Shown here in pieces: positions 54,423-64,000 of a stretch of 64,000 bases of DNA (positions are counted from its first letter, which is position 1; every line of letters begins with the position of its first letter). The stretch covers positions 4,412-68,411 of the forward strand of contig URIR01000005.1 of NCBI GenBank assembly GCA_900547955.1, read 5' to 3'. Made by a program: the position numbers and the translations under genes. This stretch comes from an uncultured Eubacteriales bacterium. GTDB lineage: Bacteria; Bacillota; Clostridia; Christensenellales; QALW01. Under the pieces are notes generated by a model, which did no database searches, had not been told where the DNA came from, and worked only from the letters and a program-made list of their open reading frames with translations.

Positions 54423-57038
54423 ATGAGCAGAATTAAAGAGTATGACATTGTAGACAGCGTGGAAAAGCTGGAAGCAGCCCTTGAAAAAGTGCGCGAGGCT
54501 CAGAAAAAATTTGCCTTGTACACTCAGGAGCAGGTGGACGCTATATTCCTGGCTGCCGCTTCGGCTGCCAATAAGCAGCGCATTCCTCTTGCTAAAATGG
54601 CCGTTGAGGAGACGGGCATGGGCGTGGTTGAGGATAAGGTTATAAAGAACCACTATGCCGCCGAATACATCTATAACGCCTATAAGAATACCAAAACTTG
54701 CGGCGTGATAGAAGAGGATAAGGCTTACGGCATTAAAAAGATAGCCGAGCCTATAGGCGTTATAGCCGCGGTTATACCTACGACTAATCCTACCTCCACG
54801 GCGATTTTCAAGACCCTTTTGGCGCTTAAGACCCGCAACGGCATTATAATCAGCCCTCATCCGCGCGCTAAGAAGAGCACTATAGAGGCCGCTAAGGTAG
54901 TCCTGGAGGCGGCTGTGGCTGCGGGAGCTCCCGAAGGCATCATTTCCTGGATAGACGTTCCTTCCCTTGAATTGACCAATCTTGTTATGAAAGAAGCGGA
55001 TATAATCCTTGCCACAGGCGGTCCGGGCATGGTTAAGGCCGCGTATTCCTCGGGTAAGCCGGCCGTAGGCGTGGGCGCGGGCAATACTCCCGCTATTATA
55101 GATGAATCTGCCGATTTGCTTTTGGCCGTCAATTCCATTATTCATTCCAAGACATTTGATAACGGCATGATTTGCGCATCCGAGCAGTCGGTTATAGTTT
55201 TAGAGCCTGTTTACGCTAAAGTAAAGGAAGAATTCAAAAAGCGCGGATGCTATTTCCTCAATAAGGAGGAAACCGAAAAAGTACGCAAGACTATTATAAT
55301 CAACGGCGCGCTTAACGCCAAGATAGTAGGTCAGCCCGCCGCTAAGATAGCGGCTCTGGCAGGCGTAGAGGTAGCTCCCGAAACCAAGATTTTGATAGGC
55401 GAGGTTACCAGCGTGGACTTAAGCGAAGAATTTGCCCACGAAAAGCTTTCGCCCGTGCTGGCCATGTATAAGGCCAAGAATTTTGACGACGCGCTGGATA
55501 AGGCGGATCAGCTTATAGCGGACGGCGGATATGGCCATACCTCCTCTATTTACCTGGACGTTGTTACTCAGCAGGAAAAGCTTGAAAAATTCTCCGAGCG
55601 TATGAAAACCTGCCGCATATTAGTAAATACTCCCTCCTCGCAGGGCGGTATTGGCGACCTTTACAATTTCAAGCTTGCTCCTTCTCTTACTCTGGGCTGC
55701 GGCTCCTGGGGCGGCAACTCGGTATCTGAGAACGTAGGAGTGAAGCATCTGCTTAATATTAAAACCGTAGCCGAGAGGAGAGAGAATATGCTTTGGTTCA
55801 GAACGCCCGGAAAGGTGTATTTAAAGAAAGGCTGCCTGCCTGTTGCGCTGGATGAGCTTAAGACGGTTATGGGCAAGAAGAAAGCCTTTATCGTTACCGA
55901 TACCTTCCTCTATCAGAACGGCTACACCAAGCCTATTACGGATAAGCTGGACGAAATGGGCATAACCCATACCACTTTCTATGACGTTGCTCCCGACCCG
56001 ACCTTAGCCTGCGCTAAGGAAGGCGCCAAGGCTATGGCATCCTTCCAGCCCGACTGCATAATAGCTCTGGGCGGCGGCTCGGCTATGGACGCGGGCAAGA
56101 TTATGTGGGTTATGTATGAGCATCCTGAAGCGGACTTTATGGATATGGCCATGCGCTTTGTGGATATCCGCAAGCGTGTGTATACATTCCCCAAGATGGG
56201 TGAAAAAGCGTATTTTATCGCTATTCCGACTTCGGCCGGTACGGGCAGCGAGGTTACTCCCTTTGCCGTTATAACAGATGAGAAATCAGGCGTTAAATAT
56301 CCTCTGGCCGATTACGAGCTGCTTCCCAATATGGCTATAATTGACGCAGATTTGCATATGTCGGCGCCTAAGGGACTGACGGCTGCTTCGGGTATAGACG
56401 CTGTTACCCATGCGCTGGAGGCCTATGCCGCAATGCTGGCTACCGATTATACCGACGGCCTGGCTCTCAGGGCTCTGAAGGTTATCTTTGAATATCTGCC
56501 CCGCGCTTACGACAACGGCCCGAACGACCCTGTGGCCCGCGAGAAAATGGCTAACGCCGCTACTATGGCGGGTATGGCTTTTGCAAATGCCTTCCTGGGC
56601 GTCTGCCACTCCATGGCGCATAAGCTGGGCGCCTTCCATCATCTGCCGCACGGCGTAGCCAATGCGCTTATGATAGACGAGGTGCTGCGCTTCAACGCTT
56701 CAGAAACTCCCGTAAAGATGGGCACCTTCCCGCAGTATGACCATCCCAAAACCCTTGCCCGCTATGCCGAAATAGCCGATTATCTCGGAATTAAGGGCAA
56801 GAATGATTCTGAAAAATTGGAAAATCTTATTGCGGCCTTAGACGAGCTTAAGGAAAAGGTAGGCATTAAAAAGACTATTAAGGACTACGGCATAGACGAA
56901 AAAGACTTCCTGGCCAGGTTGGACGATATGGTGGAGCAGGCCTTTGACGACCAGTGCACCGGAGCCAATCCGCGCTATCCGCTTATGAGCGAAATTAAGC
57001 AAATGTATCTTAATGCCTATTATGGCAAACGAGAATAA
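54423..57038 (+). CDS. adhE: Bifunctional acetaldehyde-CoA / alcohol dehydrogenase
   Basis: 871 aa. N-terminal ALDH domain (catalytic-Cys context NGMICASEQS) and a C-terminal Fe-ADH domain (GGGSAMDAGK, H..AHKLGA.HH.PHG). Confidence 0.95.
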   Translation: MSRIKEYDIVDSVEKLEAALEKVREAQKKFALYTQEQVDAIFLAAASAANKQRIPLAKMAVEETGMGVVEDKVIKNHYAAEYIYNAYKNTKTCGVIEEDKAYGIKKIAEPIGVIAAVIPTTNPTSTAIFKTLLALKTRNGIIISPHPRAKKSTIEAAKVVLEAAVAAGAPEGIISWIDVPSLELTNLVMKEADIILATGGPGMVKAAYSSGKPAVGVGAGNTPAIIDESADLLLAVNSIIHSKTFDNGMICASEQSVIVLEPVYAKVKEEFKKRGCYFLNKEETEKVRKTIIINGALNAKIVGQPAAKIAALAGVEVAPETKILIGEVTSVDLSEEFAHEKLSPVLAMYKAKNFDDALDKADQLIADGGYGHTSSIYLDVVTQQEKLEKFSERMKTCRILVNTPSSQGGIGDLYNFKLAPSLTLGCGSWGGNSVSENVGVKHLLNIKTVAERRENMLWFRTPGKVYLKKGCLPVALDELKTVMGKKKAFIVTDTFLYQNGYTKPITDKLDEMGITHTTFYDVAPDPTLACAKEGAKAMASFQPDCIIALGGGSAMDAGKIMWVMYEHPEADFMDMAMRFVDIRKRVYTFPKMGEKAYFIAIPTSAGTGSEVTPFAVITDEKSGVKYPLADYELLPNMAIIDADLHMSAPKGLTAASGIDAVTHALEAYAAMLATDYTDGLALRALKVIFEYLPRAYDNGPNDPVAREKMANAATMAGMAFANAFLGVCHSMAHKLGAFHHLPHGVANALMIDEVLRFNASETPVKMGTFPQYDHPKTLARYAEIADYLGIKGKNDSEKLENLIAALDELKEKVGIKKTIKDYGIDEKDFLARLDDMVEQAFDDQCTGANPRYPLMSEIKQMYLNAYYGKRE

Positions 57039-57052
57039 AGGAGGAAGACATA

Positions 57053-57802
57053 ATGAAATTTGACAACCCTATCGCAGTCCGGGCAACCAAAACAGTCTAT
57101 AGAGACGGAGATCTTGCTATTAAGCTTTTTAACGAAGGATACTCCAAATCAGATGTGCTCAACGAGGCGCTCAACCAGGCGCGCGTTGAGGAAACAGGGC
57201 TTTTGGTGCCCAAGGTGCTGGAGGTAGGCATCTTTGACGGCCGCTGGGCTATCGTAAGCGAATTTATAGAGGGCAAGACCATGGCGCAGCTTATGGCTGA
57301 GCAGCCCGACAAAAAAGATGAGCTTATGAGCCGTTTTGTGGATATTCAGCTATCCATACACGCTCGCCGCGCTCCCTTGCTTAATAAACTCAAGGATAAG
57401 ATGGAACGAAAGATAGACGGTACTTCTCTGGATGCGACTACCAGATATGAGCTGCATACGCGCCTTGAATCCATGCCTAAGCATAAAAAGGTATGCCATG
57501 GAGATTATAACCCCTCTAACGTTATAATAACCGATAACGGCGACGCCTATATTATAGACTGGTCTCATGCTACTCAGGGCAATGCTTCGGCCGATGCGGC
57601 GCGTACATATCTGCTGTTCTGGTTGGCTGGAGATGTGGAGAGCGCTCATAGGTATATGGACCTTTTCTGCCGCAAGAGCGATACCGCTAAGCAGTATGTG
57701 GAAAAATGGCTGCCCATAGTTGCCGCTTCTCAGTCGGTTAAGGGCAAGCCTGAGGAGAGAGAGCTGCTTATGCATTGGGTGGACGTTGTAGACTACGAAT
57801 AG
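57053..57802 (+). CDS. Aminoglycoside-phosphotransferase-fold (APH/choline kinase family) kinase
   Basis: Brenner motif HGDYNPSNVII, then IIDWS. Confidence 0.7.
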   Translation: MKFDNPIAVRATKTVYRDGDLAIKLFNEGYSKSDVLNEALNQARVEETGLLVPKVLEVGIFDGRWAIVSEFIEGKTMAQLMAEQPDKKDELMSRFVDIQLSIHARRAPLLNKLKDKMERKIDGTSLDATTRYELHTRLESMPKHKKVCHGDYNPSNVIITDNGDAYIIDWSHATQGNASADAARTYLLFWLAGDVESAHRYMDLFCRKSDTAKQYVEKWLPIVAASQSVKGKPEERELLMHWVDVVDYE

Positions 57803-57893
57803 AATACAGCGGGCTTAACGGGCTTCCTTGAGACAAGGATTCTTTGGCCTGCTGAAAGGTTGACAAATTTAGGATTTCTCTATAATGGACAAA

Positions 57894-57947
57894 TAATTTG
57901 GGAGTTTTGAGCCGTAATACGGCTCAAAACTCCCAAATTATTTTATT
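57894..57947. terminator. Perfect 21-bp-stem hairpin followed by a T-rich run, between convergent genes
   Basis: TAATTTGGGAGTTTTGAGCCG-taata-CGGCTCAAAACTCCCAAATTA followed by TTTTATT. Confidence 0.65.
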
Positions 57948-57965
57948 ATAAACTGCAGCTACCCG

Positions 57966-58017
57966 AGGATAACGCAGAAAATGAAGGAATTAACCCGTTT
58001 GAGGTAAACTGAGGGTA
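57966..58017. mobile_element. Solo end fragment of a family-A MITE
   Basis: ...GGATAACGCAGAAAATGAAGGAATTAACCCGTTTGAGGTAAACTGAGGG followed by TA. It matches the right end of copy B with an internal deletion. Confidence 0.55.
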
Positions 58018-58109
58018 GATGATAAAGCAATATCAATATGCAGCTCACCATTCCAGACAGTAGTGCATATGAGGTCCAATCCGCCGGCCGCTCCATTAAT
58101 GTGTTTCAA

Positions 58110-59807
58110 TTAATCCTCTATAGCGGCTTTTTGGATATTTATACGTCTTACGGCTTCTATATCCACCTTTGGCTTCCGGTCGTATGTATAAAGTCCGTTT
58201 TGCTCCTGCTCTATATCGTAAAGCTGAGTATAGCAGAAGCCTATCATTTTAGGATTGCTTAAAAGCGCTTCGGTTAGTCCCTTATATCTTTTTAAGAATT
58301 GCTCCTCGTCTTGCGCGGGCTGGCCGTAGCCCCAGGCTTTATCGTCCGAGCGTTTTATTATGGTGCCTCCGTATTCGCTGACCATTACGGGCTCGCCGGT
58401 ATATATCTGCCTGTCCGAGTATTTATCAAATAGCTCGCCCGTTTTAAACAGCCGGTCGTATCTTTCTTTAAATATTTCAGGATTCTGCTCATAATCATGC
58501 ACGTCAAAAATGTCCGTCTGAACATGGAAATTGCCGCTTGTATCAATGCAGGGACGCATGCTGTCAAACTGCTTGGTGGTTCTGTAGACAGTTCTTATCA
58601 TGTCGTCGTCCTGGCGTCGCCATGCGTAATCCCAGGTTTCGTTAAAGGGGCACCAGCCTATAATGGAGGGATGATTGTAATCCCGGTTTAATATTTCCAG
58701 CCATTCCATAAGCATATTGGGGAGCGCCCGCATATCCGAGTAATCCATACCCCAGTTGCCGTATTCTCCCCATACCATATATCCCATTTTGTCGCAGTAG
58801 TAAAGGAAGCGGGGTTCAAACGCTTTTTGGTGCAGTCTTGCGCCGTTAAAGCCTGCGGCCAGGGCAAGCTCTATATCCTTTATAAAGGAGGCATCCTCTG
58901 GAGCGGTATAAATGCCGTCGGGATAAAAACCTTGGTCCAGTATCAGCCTTTGAAATATATGACGGCCGTTAAGCATAAGCCCTTTTTGGTCTAAGGCTAT
59001 ATCTCTAAGTCCAAAATAGGTATGCACGATATCCTGGCCAAATTGCAGCTCCACGTCGTATAATCTGCCTTGGCCAAGCTCCCAAAGGTGTATTTCATTA
59101 AGCTTTATTGAAAAATTTACGCTTTGACAGCAGTTTGATATGAAAAATTCGCCCATAGGGCTGCCCTGATAATAAATTTTTGCTGAAAAATCCTCCGCTC
59201 CTGCAAGCTTAACTGACATTTCTACGCTTCCGGCCGCAGCGCAGGGTGTAATTTTGAAATCCTTTATATATTCCCGCGGTGTAAATTCCAGCCAAACGGT
59301 CTGCCAAATACCTGTTGTGCGCGTATAGTCGCAGACGCGGGAAGCGTAGGTTTCTGACTGCTTACCGCGGGGCTGGAGGGGACTGCGGACGTTATCCTCA
59401 GCGCATATGGTAATAAGGTTTTCGCCTGGTTTTAAAAGAGCGGTTATTTCAAGGCTGAAGGAGGCGTAGCCTCCCTTATGTGTTCCGGCGCTTTGAGCGT
59501 TTATCCATACCTGGGCGCTGTAGTCGCACGCGCCTATATGTAGAAATATTCGTCCCTTTAATTGCTCTGGCGATATATTTACGGCTCTTTTATACCATAC
59601 GCAGCTTATGAAATCAGTTTGACCTATTCCCGATAGAATACTTTCGGGGCAGAAGGGCAGGGTGATTTCTGAGTCTAGCGACTGCGCTTCTATAAGGCCG
59701 CGCTCGCGTCCGCTTAGGGAGTAATCAGTTTCAAACTGCCATTGACCATTTAGATTTTCCCATGTTTTTCTCTCAAATTGAGGATTGGGATGTTCGGGTC
59801 TTTTCAT
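58110..59807 (-). CDS. Glycoside hydrolase family 2 (beta-galactosidase/glucuronidase/mannosidase-type)
   Basis: GH2 sugar-binding N-domain (LNGQWQF...VWYKR......L.F....Y...VW.N....G.H.GGY..F..EIT) and a TIM barrel with NG.RLHQK and WCPFNE. Confidence 0.85.
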   Translation of the reverse strand: MKRPEHPNPQFERKTWENLNGQWQFETDYSLSGRERGLIEAQSLDSEITLPFCPESILSGIGQTDFISCVWYKRAVNISPEQLKGRIFLHIGACDYSAQVWINAQSAGTHKGGYASFSLEITALLKPGENLITICAEDNVRSPLQPRGKQSETYASRVCDYTRTTGIWQTVWLEFTPREYIKDFKITPCAAAGSVEMSVKLAGAEDFSAKIYYQGSPMGEFFISNCCQSVNFSIKLNEIHLWELGQGRLYDVELQFGQDIVHTYFGLRDIALDQKGLMLNGRHIFQRLILDQGFYPDGIYTAPEDASFIKDIELALAAGFNGARLHQKAFEPRFLYYCDKMGYMVWGEYGNWGMDYSDMRALPNMLMEWLEILNRDYNHPSIIGWCPFNETWDYAWRRQDDDMIRTVYRTTKQFDSMRPCIDTSGNFHVQTDIFDVHDYEQNPEIFKERYDRLFKTGELFDKYSDRQIYTGEPVMVSEYGGTIIKRSDDKAWGYGQPAQDEEQFLKRYKGLTEALLSNPKMIGFCYTQLYDIEQEQNGLYTYDRKPKVDIEAVRRINIQKAAIED

Positions 59808-59965
59808 TTTGCCAGTCCTCCATATAAATTGTGAATTTGTTTTATTTTAATATATAGAATAGTATGCGTCAATAGTTCCTTTAAAGTTTTTAAGCTTTGT
59901 ATCAACCTTAGGACGGCGAACATAATATTTGGTCGGGTTCCGTGCGCGCAGGCTTTTATTAAAGG

Positions 59966-60060
59966 CGCTCCCCGCGGCGCCGGGGCGGAGCAAGGCTCCG
60001 CCCCGGGCCGGCCTTAGGCCGGCCCGGCGGCCCGTTGGGCCGCCGGCGCCGCGGGGAGCG
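59966..60060. other. 95-nt GC-rich perfect four-way-junction element (16-bp outer stem + three hairpins, no unpaired junction bases)
   Basis: CGCTCCCCGCGGCGCC (59966-59981) pairs with 60045-60060. Hairpins lie at 59982-60004 (10 bp), 60005-60025 (9 bp) and 60026-60044 (8 bp). All pairs are Watson-Crick and all loops are 3 nt. It sits between divergent genes. Confidence 0.7.
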
Positions 60061-60228
60061 TATTATTGCGCTCATGCCCGACGTATATATTGCGTTAGTT
60101 TTATCTGCGCAGTTAAGGCTCGCTGCGTCTTTTAAGCTTGACGGCCCGCTTAAAGCCCGGCCGGATAAGTTCAGCGGGAGAAGCCCGGCCGATATGTTGG
60201 CAGGCGTCCGGCAAGTCCCTTTAGTTCC

Positions 60229-60257
60229 TTGACATTAATCGCTCTTCAGGCTATAAT
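60229..60257 (+). promoter_or_regulatory. Consensus sigma-A promoter of nifJ
   Basis: TTGACA-17 nt-TATAAT, both hexamers perfect, ~108 nt upstream of the ATG. Confidence 0.6.
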
Positions 60258-60350
60258 TGTAACAATGCGGATAAGTCCGCCGCATACAGCAGTTTAACTT
60301 CCGTCCCGCTGTTTTTGAGGTCGGTTGTTTGACAAAATATTATATTTTAA

Positions 60351-63869
<3,519 letters not shown>

Positions 63870-63922
63870 TTTTGTCCCAGGTTTTTAGGTATTTGTAATT
63901 TCAGCTTAATAAGAAGATAAAC

Positions 63923-63960
63923 AAATAGGCCGCGCAGTTTATACTGCGCGGCCTATTTGC
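63923..63960 (+). terminator. Rho-independent terminator of nifJ
   Basis: AAATAGGCCGCGCAG-tttata-CTGCGCGGCCTATTT followed by G-C-T-T. Confidence 0.7.
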
Positions 63961-64000
63961 TTAAATAATTATGCGGTTAGCTTTTACTTGGCTAAGGTTA

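Noticed and set aside
54417-55145. 242-aa minus-strand ORF
   Set aside because: It is antisense to the adhE aldehyde-dehydrogenase domain. No independent signals support it.
59929-60232. 68-aa and 65-aa Arg/Pro/Ala-rich ORFs
   Set aside because: They are by-products of the GC-rich palindromic four-way-junction element. They have no RBS.

Overview
The window looks like chromosomal DNA from a spore-forming Clostridia-class Firmicute. Supporting genes are spo0A, ylbJ, an ispH-S1 fusion, rex-adhE, nifJ/PFOR, iorAB-paaK and a membrane pyrophosphatase. All product calls come from reading motifs in the supplied translations; no database search was run.

Layout:
- 1-1.4 kb: the 3' end of a large serine recombinase gene, so a mobile element probably lies to the left. 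The gene is frameshifted in an A7 run.
- 1.4-37.5 kb: mostly housekeeping. It holds a secreted esterase, LysR, an FGGY kinase, a glycosidase-like lipoprotein, RpiR/HI0933, cmk-plsC-ispH/rpsA, spo0A, paaK-iorAB-paaK-ACT, alr, rsmD-coaD-ylbJ, dnaX-ybaB-recR, a CNNM/CorC transporter and copA.
- 37.6-47 kb: an AT-richer (by eye), MITE-dense plastic island. It holds a small tyrosine recombinase followed directly by a three-site inverted-repeat DNA switch upstream of a 972-aa LRR/MBG surface protein. It also holds a CIRCE-controlled hsp20, a flavodoxin lipoprotein gene disrupted by a MITE, and a DUF3737-like gene.
- 47-64 kb: LysR, a GGGtGRT/NifU-like pair, hppA, LysR, rex-adhE, an APH-like kinase, GH2 and nifJ.

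Main second-look items:
1. The candidate invertible switch (inverton).
2. Two TA-duplicating MITE families. In two cases, removing the element in silico restores an interrupted reading frame.
3. Three GC-rich structures, each an outer stem enclosing three hairpins. One sits where no terminator is expected.
4. A LysR regulator carrying an in-frame ~200-aa insertion homologous to the tandem module of the neighbouring esterase.

No rRNA, tRNA or CRISPR array was recognised.
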